A stretch of DNA of 64,000 bases from NCBI GenBank assembly GCA_964016885.1, contig OZ024743.1, positions 258,912,001-258,976,000 of the forward strand, read 5' to 3'. The stretch is from Eledone cirrhosa. Its lineage: Eukaryota. The notes under the pieces are model-generated. The model was not told where the DNA came from and made no database searches. It saw only the letters and a program-made list of their open reading frames with translations. The translations under genes were made by a program, and so were the position numbers. Below, in pieces: positions 19,986 to 35,200 of this stretch (positions are counted from its first letter, which is position 1; each line of letters starts with the position of its first letter).

Positions 19986-20263
19986 CACTGACTCACTCTT
20001 CCACAGCTAACCATTTCTGTTCAGAACTTGTTGAATGCAATGGCAATCTGCTTACCCAGTTTCTAACCCTATTTGTAACAATTCTATTTACTTTGCTAAA
20101 ACGACAAGAGAAGAAAAGGTATAAATGTCACATCTTGCACCCCCACTGATCGTGAAAGGTTAAATATTCAGAAGAGAAATGTCTTTTCTTCTGCCTTATG
20201 AAAATAATCTGATTTGAAATTAGAGCAGAAGATTACCTGATTCTGAGGCAATTTAAAAAAAAA

Positions 20264-23200
20264 ATAGTTTACTATAACACAGTGTACATGACTGGGACTA
20301 TAATACAGTTTACTATAACACAGTGTACACAACTGGGACTATAATACAGTTTACTATAACACAGTGTACACAACTGGGACTATAATACAGTTTACTATAA
20401 CACAGTGTACATGACTGGGACTATAATACAGTTTACTATAACACAGTGTACACAACTGGGACTATAATACAGTTTACTATAACACAGTGTACACAACTGG
20501 GACTATAATACAGTTTACTATAACACAGTGTACACAACTGGGACTATAATACAGTTTACTATAACACAGTGTACACAACTGGGACTATAATACAGTTTAC
20601 TATAACACAGTGTACACAACTGGGACTATAATACAGTTTACTATAACGCAGTGTACATAACTGGGACTATAATACAGTTTACTATAACACAGTGTACACA
20701 ACTGGGACTATAATACAGTTTACTATAACACAGTGTACACAACTGGGACTATAATACAGTTTACTATAACACAGTGTACACAACTGGGACTATAATACAG
20801 TTTACTATAACACAGTGTACACAACTGGGACTATAATACAGGTTACTATAACACAGTGTACACAACTGGGACTATAATACAGTTTACTATAACACAGTGT
20901 ACACAACTGGGACTATAATACAGTTTACTATAACACAGTGTACACAACTGGGACTATAATACAGTTTACCATAACACAGTGTACATAACTGGGACTATAA
21001 TACAGTTTACTATAACACAGTGTACACAACTGGGACTATAATACAGTTTACTATAACACAGTGTACATGACTGGGACTATAATACAGTTTACTATAACAC
21101 AGTGTACACAACTGGGACTATAATACAGTTTACTATAACACAGTGTACACAACTGGGACTATAATACAGTTTACTATAACACAGTGTACACAACTGGGAC
21201 TATAATACAGTTTACTATAACACAGTGTACACAACTGGGACTATAATACAGTTTACTATAACACAGTGTACATAGCTGGGACTATAATATATTTTAATAT
21301 AACACAGTGTACACAACTGGGACTATAATACAGTTTACTATAACACAGTGTACACAAATGGGACTATAATATAGTTTACTATAAATAACACAGTGTACAC
21401 AACTGGGACTATAATATGGGTTACTATAACACAGTGTACACGATTGTAACTATAATACAGTTTACTATAACACAGTGTACACAACTGGGACTATAATACA
21501 GTTTACTATAACACAGTGTACACAACTGGGACTATAATACAGTTTACTATAACACAGTGTACACAACTGGGACTATAATACAGTTTACTATAACACAGTG
21601 TACATAACTGGGACTATAATACAGTTTACTATAACACAGTGTACATAACTGGGACTATAATACAGTTTACTGTAACACAGTGTACATAACTGGGACTATA
21701 ATCCAGTTTACTATAACACAGTGTACATAACTGGGACTATAATACAGTTTACTATAACACAGTGTACATAACTGGGACTATAATACAGTTTACTATAACA
21801 CAGTGTACACAACTGCGACTATAATATAGTTTACTATAACACAGTGTACACAACTGGGACTATAATACAGTTTACTATAACACAGTGTACACAACTGCGA
21901 CTATAATATAGTTTACTATAACACAGTGTACACAACTGGGACTATAATACAGGTTACTATAACACAGTATACACAACTGGGACTATAATACAGTTTACTA
22001 TAACACAGTGTACACAACTGGGACTATAATACAGTTTACTATAACACAGTGTACATAACTGGGACTATAATACAGTTTACTATAACACAGTGTACACAAC
22101 TGGGACTATAATACAGGTTACTATAACACAGTGTACACAACTGAGTCTATAATACAGTTTACTATAACACAGTGTACACAACTGGGACTATAATACAGTT
22201 TACTATAACACAGTGTACATAACTGGGACTATAATACAGTTTACTATAACACAGTGTACATAACTGTGACTATAATACAGTTTACTATAACACAGTGTAC
22301 AGAACTGGGACTATAATACAGTTTACTATAACACAGTGTACACAACTGGGACTATAATACAGTTTACTATAACACAGTGTACACAACTGGGACTATAATA
22401 CAGTTTACTATAACACAGTGTACATAACTGGGACTATAATACAGTTTACTATAACACAGTGTACATAACTGTGACTATAATACAGTTTACTATAACACAG
22501 TGTACAGAACTGGGACTATAATACAGTTTACTATAACACAGTGTACAGAACTGGGACTATAATACAGTTTACTATAACACAGTGTACACAACTGGGACTA
22601 TAATACAGTTTACTATAACACAGTGTACATAACTGGGACTATAATACAGTTTACTATAACAAAGTGTACACAACTGGGACTATAATATAGTTTACTATAA
22701 CACAGTGTACACAACAGGGACTATAATACAGTTTACTATAACACAGTGTACACAACTGGGACTATAATACAGTTTACTATAACACAGTGTACACAACTGG
22801 GACTATAATACAGTTTACTATAACACAGTGTACATAACTGGGACTATAATATAGTTTACTATAACACAGTGTACACAACAGGGACTATAATACAGTTTAC
22901 TATAACACAGTGTACACAACTGGGACTATAATACAGTTTACTATAACACAGTGTACATAACTGGGACTATAATAGAGTTTACTATAACACAGTGTACACA
23001 ACTGGGACTATAATACAGTTTACTATAACACAGTGTACACAACTGGGACTATAATACAGTTTACTATAACACAGTGTACACAACTGGGACTATAATACAG
23101 TTTACTATAACACAGTGTACATAGCTGGGACTATAATATATTTTAATATAACACAGTGTACACAACTGGGACTATAATACAGTTTACTATAACACAGTGT

Positions 23201-26200
23201 ACACAACTGGGACTATAATATAGTTTACTATAAATAACACAGTGTACACAACTGGGACTATAATATGGGTTACTATAACACAGTGTACACAATTGTAACT
23301 ATAATACAGTTTACTATAACACAGTGTACACAACTGGGACTATAATACAGTTTACTATAACACAGTGTACATAACTAGGACAATAATACAGGTTACTATA
23401 ACACAGTGTACATAACTGGGACTATAATACAGTTTACTATAACACAGTGTACACAACTGGGACTATAATACAGTTTACTATAACACAGTGTACACAACTG
23501 GGACTATAATACAGTTTACTATAACACAGTGTACATAACTGGGACTATAATACAGTTTACTGTAACACAGTGTACATAACTGGGACTATAATCCAGTTTA
23601 CTATAACACAGTGTACATAACTGGGACTATAATACAGTTTACTATAACACAGTGTACACAACTGGGACTATAATACAGTTTACTATAACACAGTGTACAT
23701 AACTGGGACTATAATACAGTTTACTATAACACAGTGTACATAACTGGGACTATAATACAGTTTATTATAACACAGTGTACACAACTGCGACTATAATATA
23801 GTTTACTATAACACAGTGTACACAACTGGGACTATAATACAGTTTACTATAACACAGTGTACACAACTGCGACTATAATATAGTTTACTATAACACAGTG
23901 TACACAACTGGGACTATAATACAGTTTACTATAACACAGTGTACACAACTGGGACTATAATACAGGTTACTATAACACAGTATACACAACTGGGACTATA
24001 ATACAGTTTACTATAACACAGTGTACACAACTGGGACTATAATACAGTTTACTATAACACAGTGTACATAACTGGGACTATAATACAGTTTACTATAACA
24101 CAGTGTACACAACTGGGACTATAATACAGGTTACTATAACACAGTGTACACAACTGAGACTATAATACAGTTTACTATAACACAGTGTACACAACTGGGA
24201 CTATAATACAGTTTACTATAACACAGTGTACACAACTGAGACTATAATACAGTTTACTATAACACAGTGTACATAACTGGGACTATAATACAGGTTACTA
24301 TAACACAGTGTACACAACTGGGACTATAATATAGTTTACTATAACACAGTGTACACAACAGGGACTATAATACAGTTTACTATAACACAGTGTACACAAC
24401 TGGGACTATAATACAGTTTACTATAACACAGTGTACACAACTGGGACTCTAATACAGTTTACTATAACACAGTGTACACAACTGGGACTATAATACAGTT
24501 TACTATAACACAGTGTACACAACTGGGACTATAATACAGTTTACTATAACACAGTGTACACAACTGGGACTATAATACAGTTTACTATAACACAGTGTAC
24601 ACAACTGGGACTCTAATACAGTTTACTATAACACAGTGTACACAACTGGGACTATAATACAGGTTACTATAACACAGTGTACACAACTGGGACTCTAATA
24701 CAGTTTACTATAACACAGTGTACATAACTGGGAATATAATACAGTTTACTATAACACAGTGTACATAACTGGGACTATAATACAGTTTACTATAACACAG
24801 TGTACATAACTGGGACTATAATACAGGTTACTATAACACAGTGTACATAACTGGGACTATAATACAGTTTACTATAACACAGTGTACACAACTGGGACTA
24901 TAATATAGTTTACTATAACACAGTGTACACAACTGGGACTATAATACAGTTTACTATAACACAGTGTACATAACTGGGACTATAATACAGTTTACTATAA
25001 CACAGTGTACATAACTGGGACTATAATACAGTTTACTATAACACAGTGTACATAACTGGGACTATAATACAGGTTACTATAACACAGTGTACATAACTGG
25101 GACTATAATACAGTTTACTATAACACAGTGTACATAACTGGGACTATAATACAGTTTACTATAACACAGTGTACATAACTGGGACTATAATACAGTTTAC
25201 TATAACACAGTGTACATAACTGGGACTATAATACAGTTTACTATAACACAGTGTACATAACTGGGACTATAATACAGGTTACTATAACACAGTGTACACA
25301 ACTGGGACTATAATACAGTTTACTATAACACAGTGTACATAACTGGGACTATAATACAGGTTACTATAACACAGTGTACACAACTGGGACTATAATACAG
25401 GTTACTATAACACAGTGTACATAACTGGGACTATAATACAGTTTATTATAACACAGTGTACACAACTGGGACTATAATACAGGTTACTATAACACAGTGT
25501 ACACAACTGGGACTATAATACAGTTTACTATAACACAGTGTACATAACTGGGACTATAATACAGGTTACTATAACACAGTGTACACAACAGGGACTATAA
25601 TACAGTTTACTATAACACAGTGTACACAACTGGGACTATAATACAGTTTACTATAACACAGTGTACACAACTGGGACTATAATATAGTTTACTATAACAC
25701 AGTGTACACAACAGGGACTATAATACAGTTTACTATAACACAGTGTACACAACTGGGACTATAATACAGTTTACTATAACACAGTGTACACAACTGGGAC
25801 TATAATACAGTTTACTATAACACAGTGTACATAACTGGGACTATAATATAGTTTACTATAACACAGTGTACACAACAGGGACTATAATACAGTTTACTAT
25901 AACACAGTGTACACAACTGGGACTATAATACAGTTTACTATAACACAGTGTACATAACTGGGACTATAATACAGGTTACTATAACACAGTGTACACAACT
26001 GGGACTATAATATAGTTTACTATAACACAGTGTACACAACTGGGACTATAATACAGTTTACTATAACACAGTGTACATAGCTGGCACTATAATATAGTTT
26101 AATATAACACAGTGTACACAACTGGGACTATAATACAGTTTACTATAACACAGTGTACACAACTGGGACTATAATACAGTTTACTATAACACAGTGTACA

Positions 26201-29200
26201 TAGCTGGCAATATAATATAGTTTAATATAACACAGTGTACACAACTGGGACTATAATACAGTTTACTATAACACAGTGTACATAACCAGGACAATAATAC
26301 AGGTTACTATAACACAGTGTACATAACTGGGACTATAATACAGTTTACTATAACACAGTGTACATAACTGGGACTATAATACAGTTTACTGTAACACAGT
26401 GTACATAACTGGGACTATAATCCAGTTTACTATAACACAGTGTACATAACTGGGACTATAATACACTTTACTATAACACAGTGTACACAACTGGGACTAT
26501 AATACAGTTTACTATAACACAGTGTACACAACTGGGACTATAATATAGTTTACTATAAATAACACAGTGTACACAACTGGGACTATAATATGGGTTAGTA
26601 TAACACAGTGTACACAATTGTAACTATAATACAGTTTACTATAACACAGTGTACACAACTGGGACTATAATACAGTTTACTATAACACAGTGTACATAAC
26701 TAGGACAATAATACAGGTTACTATAACACAGTGTACATAACTGGGACTATAATACAGTTTACTATAACACAGTGTACACAACTGGGACTATAATACAGTT
26801 TACTATAACACAGTGTACACAACAGGGACTATAATACAGTTTACTATAACACAGTGTACACAACTGGGACTATAATACAGTTTACTATAACACAGTGTAC
26901 ATAACTGGGACTATAATACAGGTTACTATAACACAGTGTACACAACTGGGACTATAATATAGTTTACTATAACACAGTGTACACAATTAGGACTATAATA
27001 CAGTTTACTATAACACAGTGTACACAACTGGGACTATAATACAGTTTACTATAACACAGTGTACATAACTGGGACTATAATACAGTTTACTATAACACAG
27101 TGTACATAACTGGGTCTATAATACAGTTTACTATAACACAGTGTACACAACTGCGACTATAATATAGTTTACTATAACACAGTGTACACAACTGGGACTA
27201 TAATACAGTTTACTAGAACACAGTGTACACAACTGCGACTTTGATATAGTTTACTATAACACAGTGTACACAACTGGGACTATAATACAGGTTACTATAA
27301 CACAGTATACACAACTGGGACTATAATACAGTTTACTATAACACAGTGTACACAACTGGGACTATAATACAGTTTACTATAACACAGTGTACATAACTGG
27401 GACAATAATACAGTTTACTATAACACAGTGTACCCAACTGGGACTATAATACAGGTTACTATAACACAGTGTACACAACTGAGACTATAATACAGTTTAC
27501 TATAACACAGTGTACACAACTGGGACTATAATACAGTTTACTATAACACAGTTAACATAACTGGGACTATAATACAGTTTACTATAACACAGTGTACATA
27601 ACTGGGACTATAATACAGTTTACTATAACACAGTGTACATAACTGGGACTATAATATAGTTTACTATAACACAGTGTACATAACTGGGACTATAATACAG
27701 TTTACTATAACACAGTGTACATAACTGGGACTATAATACAGGTTACTATAACACAGTGTACACAACTGGGACTATAATACAGTTTACTATAACACAGTGT
27801 ACATAACTGGGACTATAATACAGTTTACTATAACACAGTGTACACAACTGGGACTATAATATAGTTTACTATAACACAGTGTACACAACAGGGACTATAA
27901 TACAGTTTACTATAACACAGTGTACACAACTGGGACTATAATACAGTTTACTATAACACAGTGTACACAACTGGGACTATAATACAGTTTACTATAACAC
28001 AGTGTACATAACTGGGACTATAATATAGTTTACTATAACACAGTGTACACAACAGGGACTATAATACAGTTTACTATAACACAGTGTACACAACTGGGAC
28101 TATAATACAGTTTACTATAACACAGTGTACATAACTGGGACTATAATACAGTTTACTATAACACAGTGTACATAGCTGGCACTATAATATAATTTAATAT
28201 AACACAGTGTACACAACTGGGACTATAATACAGTTTACTATAACACAGTGTACATAACCAGGACAATAATACAGGTTACTATAACACAGTGTACATAACT
28301 GGGACTATAATACAGTTTACTATAACACAGTGTACACAACTGGGACTATAATACAGTTTACTATAACACAGTGTACACAACTGGGACTATAATACAGTTT
28401 ACTATAACACAGTGTACATAACTGGGACTATAATACAGTTTACTGTAACACAGTGTACATAACTGGGACTATAATCCAGTTTACTATAACACAGTGTACA
28501 TAACTGGGACTATAATACACTTTACTATAACACAGTGTACACAACTGGGACTATAATACAGTTTACTATAACACAGTGTACATGACTGGGACTATAATAC
28601 AGTTTACTATAACAGTGTACACAACTGGGACTATAATACAGTTTACTATAACACAGTGTACACAACTGGGACTATAATACAGGTTACTATAACACAGTGT
28701 ACACAACTGGGACTATAATACAGTTTACTATAACACAGTGTACATGACTGGGACTATAATACAGTTTACTATAACACAGTGTACACAACTGGGACTATAA
28801 TACAGTTTACTATAACACAGTGTACACAACTGGGACTATAATACAGTTTACTATAACACAGTGTACATAGCTGGGACTATAATATATTTTAATATAACAC
28901 AGTGTACACAACTGGGACTATAATACAGTTTACTATAACACAGTGTACACAACTGGGACTATAATATAGTTTACTATAAATAACACAGTGTACACAACTG
29001 GGACTATAATATGGGTTAGTATAACTCAGTGTACACAATTGTAACTATAATACAGTTTACTATAACACAGTGTACACAACTGGGACTATAATACAGTTTA
29101 CTATAACACAGTGTACATAACTAGGACAATAATACAGGTTACTATAACACAGTGTACATAACTGGGACTATAATACAGTTTACTATAACACAGTGTACAC

Positions 29201-32200
29201 AACTGGGACTATAATACAGTTTACTATAACACAGTGTACACAACTTGGACTATAATACAGTTTACTATAACACAGTGTACATAACTGGGACTATAATACA
29301 GTTTACTGTAACACAGTGTACATAACTGGGACTATAATCCAGTTTACTATAACACAGTGTACATAACTGGGACTATAATACAGTTTACTATAACACAGTG
29401 TACACAACTGGGACTATAATACAGTTTACTATAACACAGTGTACATAACTGGGACTATAATACAGTTTACTATAACACAGTGTACATAACTGGGACTATA
29501 ATACAGTTTACTATAACACAGTGTACACAACTGCGACTATAATATAGTTTACTATAACACAGTGTACACAACTGGGACTATAATACAGTTTACTATAACG
29601 CAGTGTACACAACTGGGACTATAATACAGGTTACTATAACACAGTGTACATAACTGGGACTATAATACAGTTTACTATAACACAGTGTACACAACAGGGA
29701 CTATAATACAGTTTACTATAACACAGTGTACACAACTGGGACTATAATACAGGTTACTATAACACAGTATACACAACTGGGACTATAATACAGTTTACTA
29801 TAACACAGTGTACACAACTGGGACTATAATACAGGTTACTATAACACAGTGTACATAACTGGGACTATAATACAGGTTACTATAACACAGTGTACACAAC
29901 TGGGACTATAATACAGGTTACTATAACACAGTGTACACAACTGGGACTATAATACAGGTTACTATAACACAGTGTACACAACTGAGACTATAATACAGTT
30001 TACTATAACACAGTGTACACAACTGGGACTATAATACAGTTTACTATAACACAGTGTACATAACTGGGACTATAATACAGTTTACTATAACACAGTGTAC
30101 ATAACTGTGACTATAATACAGTTTACTATAACACAGTGTACATAACTGGGACTATAATACAGGTTACTATAACACAGTGTACACAACTGGGACTATAATA
30201 CAGTTTACTATAACACAGTGTACATAACTGGGACTACAATACAGTTTACTATAACACAGTGTACACAACTGGGACTATAATATAGTTTACTATAACACAG
30301 TGTACACAACAGGGACTATAATTCAGTTTACTATAACACAGTGTACAAAACTGGGACTATAATACAGTTTACTATAACACAGTGTACATAACTGGGACTA
30401 TAATACAGTTTACTGTAACACAGTGTACATAACTGGGACTATAATCCAGTTTACTATAACAGAGTGTACAAAACTGGGACTATAATCCAGTTTACTATAA
30501 CACAGTGTACATAACTGGGACTATAATACAGTTTACTGTAACACAGTGTACATAACTGGGACTATAATATAGTTTACTATAACACAGTGTACACAACAGG
30601 GACTATAATACAGTTTACTATAACACAGTGTACACAACTGGGACTATAATACAGTTTACTATAACACAGTGTACATAACTGGGACTATAATACAGTTTAC
30701 TATAACACAGTGTACACAACTGGGACTATAATACAGTTTACTATAACACAGTGTACACAACTGGGACTATAATACAGTTTACTATAACACAGTGTACATA
30801 ACTGTGACTATAAAATAGTTTAATATAACACAGTGTACACAACTGGGACTATAATACAGTTTACTATAACACAGTGTACACAACTCGGACTATAATACAG
30901 TTTACTATAACACAGTGTACATAGCTGGCACTATAATGTAGTTTAATATAACACAGTGTACACAACTGGGACTATAATACAGTTTACTATAACACAGTGT
31001 ACATAACCAGGACAATAATACAGGTTACTATAACACAGTGTACATAACTGGGACTATAATAGAGTTTACTATAACACAGTGTACACAACTGGGACTATAA
31101 TACAGTTTACTATAACACAGTGTACATAACTGGGACTATAATACAGTTTACTGTAACACAGTGTACATAACTGGGACTATAATCCAGTTTACTATAACAC
31201 AGTGTACATAACTGGGACTATAATACACTTTACTATAACACAGTGTACACAACTGGGACTATAATACAGTTTACTATAACACAGTGTATACAACTGCGAC
31301 TATAATACAGTTTACTATAACACAGTGTACATAACTGTGACTATAATACAGTTTACAATAACACAGTGTACATAACTGGGACTATAATACAGTTTACTAT
31401 TACACAGTGTACACAACTGGGACTATAATACAGGTTACTATAAAAGAGTGTACACAACTGAGACTATAATACAGTTTACTATAACACAGTGTACACAACT
31501 GGGATTATAATACAGTTTACTATAACACAGTGTACACAATTAGGACTATAATACAGTTTACTATAACACGGTGTACATAACTGGGACTATAATACAGGTT
31601 ACTATAACACAGTGTACACAACTGGGACTATAATACAGTTTACTATAACACAGTGTACACAACTGGGACTATAATACAGTTTACTATAACACAGTGTACA
31701 CAACTGGGACTATAATACAGTTTACTATAACACAGTATACGTAACTGGGACTATAATACAGTTTACTATAACGCAATGTACACAACTGGGACTATAATAC
31801 AGTTTACTATAACACAGTGGAGATAACTGGGACTATAATACAGTTTACTATAACACAGTGTACACAACTGGGACTATAATACAGGTTACTATAAAACAGT
31901 GTACATAACTGGGACTATAATACAGTTTACTATAACACAGTGTACATAACTGGGACTATAATAAAGTTTACTATAACACAGTGGAGATAACTGGGACTAT
32001 AATACAGTTTACTATAACACAGTGTACACAACTGGGACTATAATACAGTTTACTATAACACAGTGTACACAACTGGGACTATAATACAGTTTACTATAAC
32101 ACAGTGTACACAACTGGGACTATAATACAGTTTACTATAACACAGTATACGTAACTGGGACTATAATACAGTTTACTATAACGCAATGTACACAACTGGG

Positions 32201-35200
32201 ACTATAATACAGTTTACTATAACACAGTGTACACAACTGGGAGTATAATACAGGTTACTATAACACAGTGTACACAACTTAGACTATAATACAGTTTACT
32301 ATAACACAGTTTACACAACTGGGAGTATAATACAGGTTACTATAACACAGTGTACACAACTTAGACTATAATACAGTTTACTATAACACAGTGTACACAA
32401 CTGGGACTATAATACAGTTTACTATAACACAGTGTACACAACTGGGACTATAATACAGGTTACTATAACACAGTGTACACAACTCGGACTATAATACAGT
32501 TTACTATAACACAGTGTACACAACTGGGACTATAATACAGTTTACTATAACACAGTGTACATAACTGGGACTATAATACAGTTTACTATAACACAGTGTA
32601 CATAACTGGGACTATAATACAGTTTACTATAACACAGTGTACACAACTGGGACTATAATACAGGTTACTATAACACAGTGTACACAACTGAGACTATAAT
32701 ACAGTTTACTATAACACAGTGTACACAACTGGGACTATAATACAGTTTACTATAACACAGTGTACACAACTGGGACTATAATACAGTTTACTATAACACA
32801 GTGTACATAACTGGGACTATAATACAGTTTACTATAACGCAATGTACACAACTGGGACTATAATACAGTTTACTATAACACAGTGTACATAACTGGGACT
32901 ATAATACAGGTTACTATAACACAGTGTACATAACTGGGACTATAATACAGTTTACTATAACACTGTGTACATAACTGGGACTATAATACAGTTTACTATA
33001 ACACAGTGTACACAACTGGGACTATAATACAGTTTACTATAACACAGTGTACACAACTGGGACTATAATACAGTTTACTATAACACAGTGTACACAACTG
33101 GGACTATAATATGGGTTACTATAACACAGTGTACACAACTGAGACTATAATACAGTTTACTATAACACAGTATACATAACTGGGACTATAATACAGGTTA
33201 CTATAACACAGTGTACACAACTGGGACTATAATACAGGTTACTATAACACAGTGTACACAACTGAGACTATAATACAGTTTACTATAACACAGTGTACAT
33301 AACTGGGACTATAATACAGTTTACTATAACACAGTGTACACAACTGGGACTATAATATGGGTTACTATAACACAGTGTACACAATTGTAACTATAATACA
33401 GTTTACTATAACACAGTGTACATAACTGGGACTATAATATATATTACTATAACACAGTGTACACAACAGGGACTATAATACAGTTTACTGTAACACAGTG
33501 TACACAACTGGGACTATAATATAGTTTAATATAACACAGTGTACACAACTGGGACTATAATACAGTTTACTATAACACAGTGTACACAACTGGGACTATA
33601 ATACAGTTTACTATAACACAGTGTACATAACTGGGACTATAATACAGTTTACTATAACACAGTATACATAACTGTGACTATAATACAGTTTACTATAACA
33701 CAGTGTACATAACTGGGACTATAATACAGTTTACTTTTACACAGTGTACACAACTGGGACTATAATACAGGTTACTATAACACAGTGTACACAACTGGGA
33801 CTATAATACACTTTACTATAACACAGAGTACACAACTGGGACTATAATACAATTTACTATAACACAGAGTACATACCTGGGACTACAATATAGTTTACTA
33901 TAACACAGTGTACACAACTGGGACTATAATACAGTTTACTATAACACAGTGTACATAACTGGGACTATAATACAGTTTACTATAACACAGTGTACATAAC
34001 TGGGACTATAATACAGTTTACTATAACACAGTGTACACAACTGGGACTATAATACAGGTTACTATAACACAGTGTACACAACTGAGACTATAATACAGTT
34101 TACTATAACACCGTGTACACAACTGGGACTATAATACAGTTTACTATAACGCAGTGTACACAACTGGGATAATAATACAGTTGACTATAACACAGTGTAC
34201 ACAACTGGGACTATAATACAGTTTACTATAACACAGTGTACATAACTGGGACTATAATACACTTTACTATAACACAGTGTACACAACTGGGACTATAATA
34301 CAGTTTACTATAACACAGTGTACATGACTGGGACTATAATACAGTTTACTATAACAGTGTACACAACTGGGACTATAATACAGTTTACTATAACACAGTG
34401 TACACAACTGGGACTATAATACAGGTTACTATAACACAGTGTACACAACTGGGACTATAATACAGTTTACTATAACACAGTGTACACAACTGGGACTATA
34501 ATACAGTTTACTATAACACAGTGTACATAGCTGGGACTATAATATATTTTAATATAACACAGTGTACACAACTGGGACTATAATACAGTTTACTATAACA
34601 CAGTGTACACAACTGGGACTATAATATAGTTTACTATAAATAACACAGTGTACACAACTGGGACTATAATATGGGTTAGTATAACTCAGTGTACACAATT
34701 GTAACTATAATACAGTTTACTATAACACAGTGTACACAACTGGGACTATAATACAGTTTACTATAACACAGTGTACATAACTAGGACAATAATACAGGTT
34801 ACTATAACACAGTGTACATAACTGGGACTATAATACAGTTTACTATAACACAGTGTACACAACTGGGACTATAATACAGTTTACTATAACACAGTGTACA
34901 CAACTTGGACTATAATACAGTTTACTATAACACAGTGTACATAACTGGGACTATAATACAGTTTACTGTAACACAGTGTACATAACTGGGACTATAATCC
35001 AGTTTACTATAACACAGTGTACATAACTGGGACTATAATACAGTTTACTATAACACAGTGTACACAACTGGGACTATAATACAGTTTACTATAACACAGT
35101 GTACATAACTGGGACTATAATACAGTTTACTATAACACAGTGTACATAACTGGGACTATAATACAGTTTACTATAACACAGTGTACACAACTGCGACTAT

